A stretch of 63,869 bases of DNA, filler included, from Octopus bimaculoides (Eukaryota): NCBI RefSeq assembly GCF_001194135.2. It is 5 parts of 5 records of this genome, joined end to end, with 100 filler letters (N's around TTAATTAATTAA, not from the genome) between each part and the next. Parts side by side here need not be neighbours in the genome. Positions count along the whole stretch, not along the records: positions 26,187 to 41,628 come from NC_069010.1; positions 41,729 to 53,094 come from NC_068986.1; positions 53,195 to 61,598 come from NC_068988.1; 2 more parts are not named here. One strand, 5' to 3'. Numbering within the stretch: position 1 is the stretch's first letter; each line of letters opens with the position of its first letter. The position numbers and the translations under genes are program-made. This document shows, in pieces, positions 39,830 to 53,480 of the stretch. The notes under the pieces were generated by a model, which saw only the letters and a list, made by a program, of their open reading frames with translations, was not told the DNA's origin and did not search any database.

Positions 39830-41545
39830 TGAAGCCAAAAGACCCTCAAATCGTACCTTACAGTTTCATGTATTAATATATATATATATGAATGAACTAA
39901 TGAGTGAGGCCTCTGCATGGTCACTAGACTTGGTAGAAATAGCAGCCAAAGGACCCTCAAATCATACCCTACAGTTTCATGTATTAATATATATGTATGA
40001 ACTATGAGTGAGGCCTCCACATGGTCGCTAGACTTTGTAGAAATAGCAGCCAAAGGACCCTCAAATCATACCTTACAGTTTCATGTATTAATATATATAT
40101 ATATATGTATGAACTAATGAGTGAGGCCTCTGCATGGTCACTAGACTTTGTAGAAATAGCAGCCAAAGGACCCTCAAATCATACCTTACAGTTTCATGTA
40201 TTANNNNNNNNNNNNNNNNNNNNNNNNNNNNNNNNNNNNNNNNNNNNNNNNNNNNNNNNNNNNNNNNNNNNNNNNNNNNNNNNNNNNNNNNNNNNNNNNN
40301 NNNNNNNNNNNNNNNNNNNNNNNNNNNNNNNNNNNNNNNNNNNNNNNNNNNNNNNNNNNNNNNNNNNNNNNNNNNNNNNNNNNNNNNNNNNNNNNNNNNN
40401 NNNNNNNNNNNNNNNNNNNNNNNNNNNNNNNNNNNNNNNNNNNNNNNNNNNNNNNNNNNNNNNNNNNNNNNNNNNNNNNNNNNNNNNNNNNNNNNNNNNN
40501 NNNNNNNNNNNNNNNNNNNNNNNNNNNNNNNNNNNNNNNNNNNNNNNNNNNNNNNNNNNNNNNNNNNNNNNNNNNNNNNNNNNNNNNNNNNNNNNNNNNN
40601 NNNNNNNNNNNNNNNNNNNNNNNNNNNNNNNNNNNNNNNNNNNNNNNNNNNNNNNNNNNNNNNNNNNNNNNNNNNNNNNNNNNNNNNNNNNNNNNNNNNN
40701 NNNNNNNNNNNNNNNNNNNNNNNNNNNNNNNNNNNNNNNNNNNNNNNNNNNNNNNNNNNNNNNNNNNNNNNNNNNNNNNNNNNNNNNNNNNNNNNNNNNN
40801 NNNNNNNNNNNNNNNNNNNNNNNATTAATAAATATATATGTATGAATGAACTAATGAGTGAGGCCTCTGCATGGTCATTAGACTTGGTAGAAATAGCAGC
40901 CAAAGGACCCTCAAATCATGCCCTACAGTTTCATGTATTAATATATATGTATGAACTAATGAGTGAGGCCTCTGCATGGTCGCTAGACCTGGTAGAAATA
41001 ACAGCCAAAGGACCCTCAAATCATGCCCTACAGTTTCATGTATTAATATATATCTATGAACTATGAGTGAGGCCTCTACATGGTCGCTAGACTTGGTAGA
41101 AGTAGCATCCAAAGGACCCTCAACTCATGCCCTACAGTTTCATGTATTAATATATATGTATGAACTAATGAGTGAGGCCTCTGCATGGTCGCTAGACCTG
41201 GTAGAAATAACAGCCAAAGGACCCTCAAATCATGCCCTACAGTTTCATGTATTAATATATATCTATGAACTATGAGTGAGGCTTCTACATGGTCGCTAGA
41301 CTTGGTAGAAATAGCAGCCAAAGGACGCTCAAATCATGCCCTACAGCTTCATGTATTAATATATATATGTATGAACTATGAGTGAGGCCTCTACATGGTC
41401 GCTAGACTTGGTAGAAATAACAGCCAAAGGACCCTCAAATCATGCCATACAGTTTCATGTATTAATATATATCTATGAACTATGAGTGAGGCCTCTACAT
41501 GGTCGCTAGACTTGGTAGAAATAGCAGCCAAAGGACCCTCAAAGC
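39830..41545. repeat. ~104/105-bp satellite array
   Basis: gagtgagg at 40961, 41065, 41170 and 41274. Confidence 0.95.
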
Positions 41546-41898
41546 ATAAGCACACCAGCATCAGTTGTCAAGCGATGTTGGTGGGACAAACACAGACACA
41601 CAAACACACACACACACACACACACACANNNNNNNNNNNNNNNNNNNNNNNNNNNNNNNNNNNNNNNNNNNNTTAATTAATTAANNNNNNNNNNNNNNNN
41701 NNNNNNNNNNNNNNNNNNNNNNNNNNNNATTTATCTATTTATTTATCTATTTATTTATTATATCTTTCTCCGTTTTCTTCCTCTGTTTAGACGAACTTTC
41801 CTACCTTTTCGGACAAAACCTTTTGTAACCTTCGTCCTGTCTGCGTCCTTATATGTTTTTAATTGATATTAGCCCTTGTGGCCAATAAAACGAATTAA

Positions 41899-41929
<31 letters not shown>

Positions 41930-41960
41930 TATTATTATTATTATTATTATTGTTATTATT

Positions 41961-42159
41961 AAGGCGGCGAGCTGGCAGAAACGTTAGCACACCGTACGAA
42001 ATACTTAGCGGTATTTCGTCTATCTTTACGTTCCAAGTTCAAATTCCGCCGAGGTCGGCTTTGCCTTTCATCCTTTCGGGAACGATAAATTAAATACCAG
42101 TTGAGTATTGGGGTCGATGTGATCGACATAATCCAGGCCTTGTGCCTATAACAGAAAGG

Positions 42160-42160
<1 letters not shown>
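41961..42160 (+). mobile_element. tRNA-like SINE family aaggcggcgagctggcagaa...; further copies at about 34815, 42871, 44599, 47893, 52726, 63770 and 10020(-)
   Basis: Shared body ttcaaattccgccgaggtcgactttgcctttcatcctttcggggtcgata, usually preceded by a (tta)n tail. Confidence 0.8.
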
Positions 42161-42200
<40 letters not shown>

Positions 42201-44007
42201 GGTTATTGTTATTGTTATTATTGAGTGAGAGAGCAGCGCTTGTCATCAAAGTGACACAGGGGTACAAATATACGAAACCCAGTATACGCATCATGACTAC
42301 CCGTCTGATAAGGGTACATCAGGCGCATGCACCAAAACCGTATGCGAGAGACATGGCGATATGGTATCAAGATAAACAGCCCATGACCTTACAGGCTACT
42401 ATTATTATTTTACTCTTTTACTTGTTTCAGTCATTTGACTGTGGCCATGCTGGAGCACCGCCTTTAGTCGAGCAAATCGACCCCAGGACTTATTCTTTGT
42501 AAGCCTAGTAGTACTTGTTCTATCGATCCCTTTTTGCCGAACCGCTAAGTTAAGGGGACGTAAACATACCAGCATCGGTTGTCAAGCGATGTTGGAGGGA
42601 CAAACACAGACACACAAACATACACACGCACATACATATATATAGACATATATACGACGGGCTTCTTTCAGTTTCCTTCTACCAAATCCACTCACAAGGC
42701 TTTGGTCGGCTCGAGGCTATAGTAGAAGACATTTGCCCAAGGTGCCACGCAGTGGGACTGAATCCAGAACCATGTGGTTCGTAAGCAAACTACTTACCAC
42801 ACAGCTATTATTATTATTATTATTATTATTATTGTTGTTGTTGTTGTTGTTATTATTATTATTATTATTAAGGCGGCGAGCTGGTAGAATTGTTAGCACG
42901 CCGGGCAAAACGCTTAGCAGCATTTCATCCGTCTTTATGTTCTGAGTTCAAATTCCCCCGAGGGCAACAGAGGCCAACAGAAAAATAGTTCAATAAACTG
43001 TGATATTTCCATTATTTAGTCCATCTCGTGTATATTACCAGACTCGCCCTCCTTTATTTTTAGCAAGCAGAGCGCCCCATCCTCGAGACATTTTGCTTTA
43101 GGCCTGTAGTCGATCTTCAATCTTTATAATTTATGCCACTGATAACCCCATGTTTCTATTTATTTTGATAATCTTTAAGTCTCACCAACCGATGTGAATA
43201 TATTTCGCTTATGAGGACTAACAAGATCGAAACATATCTGTTTCTTTCACTAATTTCGTTTAAAGATAATATCCATTCCAAACTACATCGTCTTTATTTT
43301 ACAGAATTTTGGAGTAACTAATAGTATTGGAGTTGTCTTTCTTGTCTCATATTTCATTTTGATTTTAACCACTTCCGGAGGCAGTTTTTAGCACCTAATT
43401 GCAATGATAACCTTCGTTAGGTAATGTGTTTCAACCCTTATACTTACAAATAGGAAACTCTACCAAACGTGTATTTAGCACAGGGAACACTTCACCGGGA
43501 TATTTTCCTTCAGAGCAGACGTTAAACTACAATAGCAATAACAACAACAATCTCTCTCAATTCCATTGTTTCTCTATTCTTCCCTATCACATGACCAGTC
43601 AATTCTTAAAGCTTACCTCTCTCCCAATAGAAGTGAAGTAGCCGATAGGATATGGCATTCGACTGCCGAATACAAGGTCTTGAGTTCAAACCCGTTGCAG
43701 ATGTGTAATTTGTGGAGACGGTGCAGTTATTTCTCCACGCTTCAGTTCCGCTAACTGTCGGGAACCGGTAACACATCGTCGGGGAAATGTTACATGTGGT
43801 AGAGCGGTTTCCTGTTTATGGAGATCTGTTTACCATCTGTTTAGCGTCAACAAAAACCGGATCTAACAACCAAACCTTAAAAAAAATAAAAAAGAAAAAA
43901 GCCTGTTGGGGTTTTTAGGCAAAACGGTAACATAGCAGAGAGATGTTGAGACCCGCTGGAAGGTGTTTCACCAAATGGAGAATATCTAAACTCATTACAC
44001 CTGTTTA

Positions 44008-44083
<76 letters not shown>

Positions 44084-46359
44084 GGTGGTGGTGGTGGTGG
44101 TGTTGGTAGCTGTTGTTTAGAGACAACTCGGCATTCATTAAACAGATTTATGTTCAAACACATCCCATCCACGACTGTCCCGTCTCATTTCAGTTGTAAT
44201 GATCCGAGGCGCTCTTCCGTTAGTTTTGTGATTTGAGGAAAGTTTTGGAGGCTATTTTTAGGGAGGTAGATACGTCACTAATTGGCGAATGTTTAGAGAA
44301 ATCAGCCATTTTGATTGTCAGTACAGTTGAACAGAGCTAGAATAAGAGGCGCTCCAGTTATGACCACTCTATCTTTATTCGAATGGTGCATCTAACACTA
44401 CAATATAACCTGCCTTCTTTTTTAATAGTGGCAAGGAGATTTCATTGCTACCTCTAGCGTGTTATTGATATTGTTTAACCCATGTTCAACACAATGGCTT
44501 CAGTAAAACTTGAATCATCGCGTTCCAGTTGTGACCAACCTGTCTTTATTCAAGCATAGTGCATTTAAGTCCGCAATATGAGCTCACTTTATTATTATTA
44601 AGGCGGCGAGCTGGCAGAGTCGTTAGCACGCTGGGCGAAATAATTAGCGGTATTCCGCCCGTCGCTACGTTCTGAGTTTAAATTCTGCCGAGGTCGACTT
44701 TGCCTTTCATGCTTTCGGGGTCGATAAATTAAGTACCCGTTGCGTACTGAGGGTCGATGTAATCGACTAGTCCCCTTCCGCCAAATGCCAAGCGTTGTGC
44801 CTTTAGTAGAATGGATTAGTACAAATTGGCTTGACTTAGGTTCAGTCATATTCCTGATAGGATTTATGCGGATAGTGGGTTACTACCTGTAACCTTAATA
44901 ATCCACAAGTTTTCAACAGTCTTTCAAGTGCTTAGGACCCTCCTGATAATCTTTCCTCTCCCTAAGAGACAAACTTTCTGTAGGAGCTCTACCGGGCATT
45001 CTATTCCAATCTCCTTCAATCATTCGTCTATATCTTAAGTCTCATTAAGTCCCAGAGTACTTAAATTTCTGAATATTACTTTTAAATTTTTACAGATTGA
45101 GAAAAATAATTATTAAAACTCCTTTACTTCAAGTTGAAATGGAAATACTCAGTGTCCTATAAATAGGACACTGAGACAATGTGATATTGCTTATTTAATG
45201 TTCTCATTTAGTGTCCTATTGATAGGACAGTGGGACTTATTGGATTAAAGACAAACAGAAGACTTAACTGCTATTTTTAGCAGACCAAGAAGCCACATAC
45301 ACTTTCCTTTCTTAGTTCGCCATTTAGAATTTCTATCGAAGGAAAGCGAAGAGAGTTTGCGTCTGAAACTTCTCTTCGGAAAATAGAATTCTTTTTACTT
45401 TTCTCGATGAAGGGTTGCTCACCAAAACGTCAGCAATGAAATTTATTTTCACTATCACACGGCGTTTTGCTTGCATCTTTATGTAGAGCAAGCTGGGAAG
45501 AGACGCCGGTTGTCTTTGTCTTTAATTATAACGAAACAAAGAGCGCAGCTTTGCTGTTCAACGCAAAGAAGCATTCGTCAACCAAAAATTTCCATCATCA
45601 CTTACACACTCACATACACACACTACATACACACTCACATACACACACTACATACACACTACATACACACACTACATACACACTCCCATACACACTCACA
45701 TACACACACACACACTACATACACACACTACATACACACTCACATACAGACACACACACTACATACACACTCACATACACACTCACATACACACACACAC
45801 TACATACACACACTACATACACNNNNNNNNNNNNNNNNNNNNNNNNNNNNNNNNNNNNNNNNNNNNNNNNNNNNNNNNNNNNNNNNNNNNNNNNNNNNNN
45901 NNNNNNNNNNNNNNNNNNNNNNTATACACACATATATATTTAAATTTACATATATACATACTCCTTCCTTATTCACTTAGTGGTTTCAGTCAGTGAACTG
46001 TGACCAGACTGGAGCAACACTTTATTTTTATCTTCGTTTACTAATTCATCTCCATTTTCTTTCAGCTTTGTTAATATTTTACGACTCTGAACGTGTCTAG
46101 AATTGCATTAGTAGCAGCTAATCTTCAATGAGAGTAACGTTCTACGGTTGGCTGGTCTGGCATTTCGGTTAGGAAATCATTTAATGATTTCTTGAATGTT
46201 TCCAGAGAAGCCCTTTTGTCTTTCTGATTTCTTTCGGTCAGCAATTAAGCACTTGAGGGTTGTCCTTGTCAGTGACATAGGTGCAAGGAACACACACGCA
46301 CACACATATAAATATGCACCGACAATATACTCACACACGTATGCATTTATACATACACA

Positions 46360-46680
46360 GTGAAGACGCCTGGCTCAGTGGTTAGAGCGTCGGACTCACA
46401 ATCATGAGGTAGTGAGTTCGATTCCCGGACCGGCCTATGTGTTGTGTTCTTGAGCAAGACACTTTATTTCACGTTGCTCCAGTTCACTCAGCTGTAGAAA
46501 TGAGTTGCAATGTCACAGGTGCCAAGCTGTATTGGCCCCTTTGCCTTTCCCTTGGATAACACTGGTGGTGTGGAGAGGGGAGGCCGGTGTGCATGGGCGA
46601 CTGCTAGTTTCCCATAAAGCAATCTTGCCTAGAACTTTTTAAGGGCAGTCCCATGGTCATTCATGACCGAAGGGAGTCTA
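46360..46680 (+). mobile_element. tRNA-derived SINE
   Basis: tggctcagtggttagagcgtcggactcacaatcatgaggtagtgagttcgattcccgg followed by a non-tRNA body. Confidence 0.8.
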
Positions 46681-47959
46681 CCGTCTGTATGTATGTCCTC
46701 TTCTGTTTTCATTCAATCATTTAAATTCTTCTTCCTTTGAAGAAGGAGCTGGTTTCTAACAAAAATACAAAATTCCATCGTTTGAACGTAGATAAAAGCG
46801 ATGCCACATTTTAGATTTGAGAAAAGTTTTGCATATTTTTACTGTTCCACTTACAGAGTGTATTTTTAATGTGCGAGGTGATTGATTTCTTTTTCTGAAA
46901 ACCCTAGCTTAATCCAGATAAATCCACTTTGTATGTATGTATGTATGTCTCTTCTATTTTTTAATTATTATAAATCTTCCACTGAGGAGGGAGCCGGTTT
47001 CCAACAAAGATACAAGGCCTCATCTTTAGGATGTAGTTAACACAGACAAATTCACATTTGAAACTTGAGAAAAGTCTTGCATATTTTTACTGTTCCACTC
47101 ATAGATTGCATTTGTGTTGTACGGTCGATTTCTCTTTCTGAAAATCTCAGTTTATCCAGATTCTCCTTTAAGCATTTACTAACAAAACCTTGTGTTTCAA
47201 TTATGAATTTACGTACGTACATACGTATGTATGTATGTATGTATGTATGTATGTATGTATGTATGTATGTATGTATGTATACCGTTGACGCAATGACCAG
47301 TTTAGGATTTGCGACAATTTCACATTTTCCGATTAGGAAAACCGGAAATAAAAGAAATAAGATAAAAATAAATTAATAAAGAAACTGCAATAACAAACAC
47401 TGCGAACGAAAACAGGAGACTATAATAATAACAGCAGCAGCAGTAGCTGTAGTAGTAGTGGTAGTATAATAGTAGTAATTATTAAAATAAGGTGAATTAT
47501 GATGATCATGATGATGATGATGATATCGAAACAAAACATCCGGCACACACACACACACACATGTATATATATATATGTATATATATGTATGTATATAAGC
47601 ATGTATGTGTATGTGTGTACGGATACATACATACATGCACACATACATACATACATACATACATACATACATACATACATACATACATACATACAATAAA
47701 GACAGCCGTAAAGTAAACGAGCAGAAGGCAGACCCATTGATCGGTCGTTCACCTTACTGGAAATAGCCACCACATTCCCCTCGAATTGCACGCTAGCGTC
47801 TTCAAAACACAAAGGCCACATCGCAGCCGGTCAGTCCAGTTACATAACACATCCTACTTCCTGAACTGTCGACTTAATATTTCATTTGCTCTAAGGCGGT
47901 GAGCTAACAGAATCGTTAACACGCCGGGTAATCTACAGGCAATTTACAGGCTCTGAGCA

Positions 47960-49500
47960 CATGGTCTATTCAATTTGCAAATTACGACGCTGATACAAGA
48001 GAAGTCACGAGGAAAAACGAGAATAAGGTATAGCCATAATTAAGCTAGTTGTTGCAGAATAATTCAGCAGAGAGGAGTCCAGAGTCTGCGAGACAGTTGC
48101 TCAATTCGGAGAGGCCGGTGCCCTCCAGTCCACCAAGAGAAATTTATCCATATGCGTACATTTGCTGAAAATTTCGAATCTGGAATTCAGTTGTACGGTG
48201 GAATTCTTAGATCTAAAAACAATATACGATCTTTTAGCTACGCATAAGTTGCATCTCTTAGATCCATTAACATATGGCATGGATTTCTCTCCGATTCTCT
48301 GCTGGATTATATGTGGTGTACACAGAAGGGGTAGGAGTGTGTTGGTGAATAACTTCTTGTCAGTCAGAGAAGATTATAATGGTTCTATATCTGGAGCAGC
48401 AGTGGTACTGTTTCAGATGGGAAGAGCCGTTCTGCATTGATAAATATTTGGAGAATCAGTAAATGTCGGGGATAGAAGAATTTTCTGGTTCGAAAAAGGA
48501 AAGCCAGTCTTTGTGATACAGCGCTTACTTTGTTTGTCTTAAGGGATTTTTGTTTGTCTTAAGGGATTCTCAATGATGCTAAACCCGAGCAATTGTAGTA
48601 ATATTGACAGTTCTTGTTATTCGCTGTTCCTGTTTAACAAGTACGGGTAGGGTTCGGTAATATAGTAGAGCAGATTTTGTGTGAGGTGCCTCGGGTTGAT
48701 GTATTCGAAGTTTTAGGGCGAGAGTGAACACACACACACATGTAGATATAATGAGCCAGGATAATCCCTATATGATGCAGTTGATTGCTGATCGGTATAG
48801 TTACAATGAATTTACCACATATAACAAAATAAAATAGCTGTGATACGTCATAGAAACGGAAACCTTGATGCTGGTTAAAGTTTATTAATTAACTGTGAAC
48901 CGTTTCGTGTTGCTACCACTTCATCAGACAGAGCGTCTGTGTTGATATTAATAAAACTGGTTGAAGCCAGGCAAACATAAATGGAAAAAATCGAGAAGGG
49001 GGTCGTTGAAAAACGTGAAAACTCGTCTCTACTATATCGTTCTCAGATGCAAAATACGTCCTTTTCTACTCTAGCTTCCACCGTTTTATAGAGTAAGGTA
49101 GATTTCTTTTGTTTCTTAATGAAGTGGTTCTCTCATATTTACAGGTTTACAGCGCTTGTATTTCTTCAAACCTGTCTTTTGTTTTTTAAAATATTTCGTT
49201 GATGTGTTTGGGAAATTGTTTTGGAGACATTCCACCGACTGATCATTTTCTGTAAATGAATCGCGATTCGTCTAATCAATGTAATTTCGCATTGGTAGAA
49301 AGTTTTAGAAACAATATTGGTTTTTAAAAACGGTGCATGGCTGTTGTCTGTTGAAATGGTCACCGAACTGAACAGCGGATAATTGTGGCATATTTCTTGG
49401 GATGTTATTGAATTGGTGAGAAGACAAGTTTTGTCATTGATCTTCGCCACGCCTAATTATTCTTACCGGAAGACAAAAATTAATGAAGTATCTTAAACAA
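47960..49500 (-). mobile_element. Penelope-like element remnants
   Basis: Minus strand KSMPYVNGSKRCNLCVAKRSYI...LNSRFEIFSKCTHMDKFLL is a PLE C-terminal Cys motif. A CTGATGA..GAAAC terminal-repeat motif lies at ~48900. Confidence 0.7.
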
Positions 49501-49595
49501 TTTTCAGTCTGCTCATCGTCCATCGTCGTTTTGCAGGTTGACGTAAATCCCATTTTCGTTATCTCTTTCACTTCCTCATGTTTTCTTCACCCCCT

Positions 49596-49682
<87 letters not shown>

Positions 49683-49783
49683 ACCTTTATCCCTCCTGCT
49701 ATCTCTGCCGCTATCTGTCTGACTAACTTCCATAATCTGGTAACCTGTGTATATGTCTCCCTTTTCATGATATACAATCTTCC

Positions 49784-49833
<50 letters not shown>

Positions 49834-50132
49834 CTTTCTCTTCCCTCTACTATTCTTCCTCTAATTCTCTTTGCCGTTATCTCTGTCACTGTGCCCGTGG
49901 CTGATGTCAGCATCAGATAGGTGTGTATTTCACTGCCCTTCCTCTCATCGCACACATTCACTTCACAAAAACGTGACCCCTATCCTCAACATTACACCCA
50001 ACACAACTTGATCGAGTGGCTTCGTCTCATATGGCTTGCAGTGGATAAGTACATTTGTAGCATTTTAGCTTTTATGGGTGACTGGAATCTGGGTGGAAAA
50101 ATGTCCTTCTTTGCTTGCTTTACGTTGAACTG

Positions 50133-50236
50133 AATGTGCGTTCGAGGTGTCGATGTTCACTGAGTCCTGCAATTCGCATCGGTTCAAGCGGATAGCCGCG
50201 CTCTTCATCGACGGACGAGCCGAGTGATCCCCCGTC
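50133..50236 (-). pseudogene. Orphan 5.8S rRNA fragment (~104 nt)
   Basis: Reverse complement GACGGGGGATCACTCGGCTCGTCCGTCGATGAAGAGCGCGGCT...GCGAATTGCAGGACTCAGTGAACATCGACACCTCGAACGCACATT has the conserved 5.8S motifs GGATCACTCGGCTCG, GATGAAGA, GAATTGCAGGAC and CATCGACAC.TCGAACGCAC. No ITS/18S/28S context. Confidence 0.9.
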
Positions 50237-50274
50237 CTGCTTTCTACTATATGCACAAAGCCTGACATTTTGGG

Positions 50275-50305
<31 letters not shown>

Positions 50306-50348
50306 TGTATGTATGTATGTATGTATTGTATCTCTCTCTCTCTCTCTC

Positions 50349-50381
<33 letters not shown>

Positions 50382-51670
50382 NNNNNNNNNNNNNNNNNNN
50401 NNNNNNNNNNNNNNNNNNNNNNNNNNNNNNNNNNNNNNNNNNNNNNNNNNNNNNNNNNNNNNNNNNNNNNNNNNNNNNNNNNNNNNNNNNNNNNNNNNNN
50501 NNNNNNNNNNNNNNNNNNNNNNNNNNNNNNNNNNNNNNNNNNNNNNNNNNNNNNNNNNNNNNNNNNNNNNNNNNNNNNNNNNNNNNNNNNNNNNNNNNNN
50601 NNNNNNNNNNNNNNNNNNNNNNNNNNNNNNNNNNNNNNNNNNNNNNNNNNNNNNNNNNNNNNNNNNNNNNNNNNNNNNNNNNNNNNNNNNNNNNNNNNNN
50701 NNNNNNNNNNNNNNNNNNNNNNNNNNNNNNNNNNNNNNNNNNNNNNNNNNNNNNNNNNNNNNNNNNNNNNNNNNNNNNNNNNNNNNNNNNNNNNNNNNNN
50801 NNNNNNNNNNNNNNNNNNNNNNNNNNNNNNNNNNNNNNNNNNNNNNNNNNNNNNNNNNNNNNNNNNNNNNNNNNNNNNNNNNNNNNNNNNNNNNNNNNNN
50901 NNNNNNNNNNNNNNNNNNNNNNNNTATATATATATATATATATTTTTTTTTATGTATGTATGTGTTTGTGTATATATTTGTGTGTCTGTGTTTGTCCCCC
51001 CACCCCCACCCCAACATCGCTTGACAACCGATGGTGGTGTGTTTACGTCTCCATAATTTAGCGGTTCGGCAAAAGAGACCGATAGAATAAGTACTAGGCT
51101 TACAAAGAATAAGTCCTGGGGTCGATTTACTCGACTAAAAGACGGTGCTCCAGCATGACCACAGTCAAATGACTGAAACAAGTAAAAGAATAAAAGAGTA
51201 AAGAGTATCTATCTATGATAATTTGTATCTAATTTGAAGGCGCGTGACCAAGTGTTTAGGTTGTTGCACTCATGATCGCTAGATAGTAGGTTCAATTCTC
51301 TGACTAGGCAGCGTGTTGTGTTCTTGAGAGAAACACCTCATTTTATGTTGCTCCAGTCCCTACCCATGGAGTGTTGGCCTGCTCGACTAGCCAGTGGGGT
51401 GGCGTCATTTGAAGGCTGAAACACTATAAAGCGTATTATGACGAGTGGTGTGTAACAACATTTGATAGCCTGGTCGGTCACGTGATTACGTGATTTTTTA
51501 AAATCCGCATAATCACTTCTAAACCAGCTCAATTTGATCCCTCTTGTAGTCTTTCTTTACCTTCTGGAATGATCCCCTGTGAAGACAACCGAATCTAAGT
51601 TTGAATCTTTTCGGTGCTACTAACTGTCTCCTACACGGAAAATATCTGGATCTCATCTGTGAACAATATA

Positions 51671-51759
<89 letters not shown>

Positions 51760-52043
51760 GCACATAATTTACATTATTTACATTTGACGGATATATATAT
51801 ATATACATACACACACACACACACACACACACAGAGTTGCTGCAGAAGCAATTGTAACAGGTCATTAAAAATGTTTTGAAACTTTTCCTTGCTTTCTTCG
51901 GGTTATATTTTATTCTTCGCAAAACCAACACAATGGTTTTACCGTTATGCAACCAGGACTTCGATATTAGTCTGGAATCCGACAGTGTAGATTGCCAAAA
52001 TCTGGAGTTAAGTGTTAAGAAATAGACTATCTTTCCCAGGACC

Positions 52044-52111
<68 letters not shown>

Positions 52112-52370
52112 TCAGGGCACTACTGGAAACTTGTAAACCAATGCAACATGTGGTATAGTTGGATAAACAGTGATTAAACTGACAGCCTCCCCACAAACCA
52201 ATTTGATGAGGTGTGGAGGTTGTTATAAATCCAGCAGTACAAGGATATTACATATCATAAAAACAGATTAACTCGGCGTAGGATCAAGCGATTATCTAGC
52301 TATAATACCAGCGACTTAAAATCCTAGATATGTGTTTGTTGCTCCGTGAGGTTACTAAGGCAGAAGTTGC

Positions 52371-52540
52371 CTTGAAGCGGTACGAACATAAACCCGAAGG
52401 CATCATCGAAAATGATAATGCAAAGATCCTATGGGATTTTATGATTCAGTGCAACCACGAGGTAGAGAATAGGAAGCCAAACATAGTCTTAATTGAGAAT
52501 GAAAGCAAACGATGCTGGATCATAGATATATAAGCGTTGT
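52371..52540 (+). mobile_element. R4/Dong-like non-LTR retrotransposon, REL-endonuclease fragment
   Basis: RYEHKPEGIIENDNAKILWDFMIQCNHEVENRKPNIVLIENESKRCWIIDI. Confidence 0.75.
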
Positions 52541-53016
52541 GAAAGCATGTCTCGAGAAGAAAGTTACTCTGTCATTAAAACCATTAAAGACGCTAAGACA
52601 TATCTTATTTCACTTTGTCTTGGGTCTTCTTCGTTTAAGACGATGCGAGTCATTGCGCTGTTATGCAAGCTCCTCTCAACTTAGATTTCTCACGCTCACT
52701 GCTGACAATATAATGATGGTGGCTGCGTTCAAATTCCGCCGAGGTCGACTTTGCCTTTCCTCCTTTCGGAGTCGATAGATTAAATACCAGTTGCGTACTG
52801 GTGTCGATCAAATCGACTGGCCCGCTTCCGCAAAATTTCGGGCCTTGTGCTTAGAGTAGAAAAGAATATAGTGATGGTGGTATATTCTCTTGTCTAAGAT
52901 TTTAAAAATACCGGATATTTGTGTTATTTTGATATCATCGCAATCATTGGTGATAGCCATGGACACAGAATTCATGTACATACATACATGCAAGCATACA
53001 TACATACATACATACA

Positions 53017-53049
<33 letters not shown>

Positions 53050-53183
53050 TCATGTGTGTGTGTATGTATTCATATATATATATATATATATATANNNNNN
53101 NNNNNNNNNNNNNNNNNNNNNNNNNNNNNNNNNNNNNNTTAATTAATTAANNNNNNNNNNNNNNNNNNNNNNNNNNNNNNNNN

Positions 53184-53480
53184 NNNNNNNNNNNCATACT
53201 CTTAATTGCTTTATCTACCCTGGTACTATCAACTCGGATAGCTGGTCCCTCTATTGGGTCGACATAAGGCAGGCTCTCTTTCTCCCATTCATTCTCTTTA
53301 TTAAGCAATCTATCGTAGTGGCATCTCCAGACCTCTTTCTTTGCATCCTCATTTAATGCAAGCGTACCATCATCCATGCGAACACATTTCTCTCCTACAA
53401 CATCACTATTCTCTCTCCTACACTGTCTTGCAACCCGAAATACCTCGAGTCTTTGGTCCTCACGGCGCAGAACATTGGCA
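53184..53480 (-). mobile_element. RTE-clade LINE internal fragment
   Basis: EVFRVARQCRRENSDVVGEKCVRMDDGTLAL...VWRCHYDRLLNKENEW. Confidence 0.8.

Noticed and set aside
39830-41545. Regular repeat arrays as CRISPR
   Set aside because: Eukaryotic DNA with no unique spacers and no cas genes.
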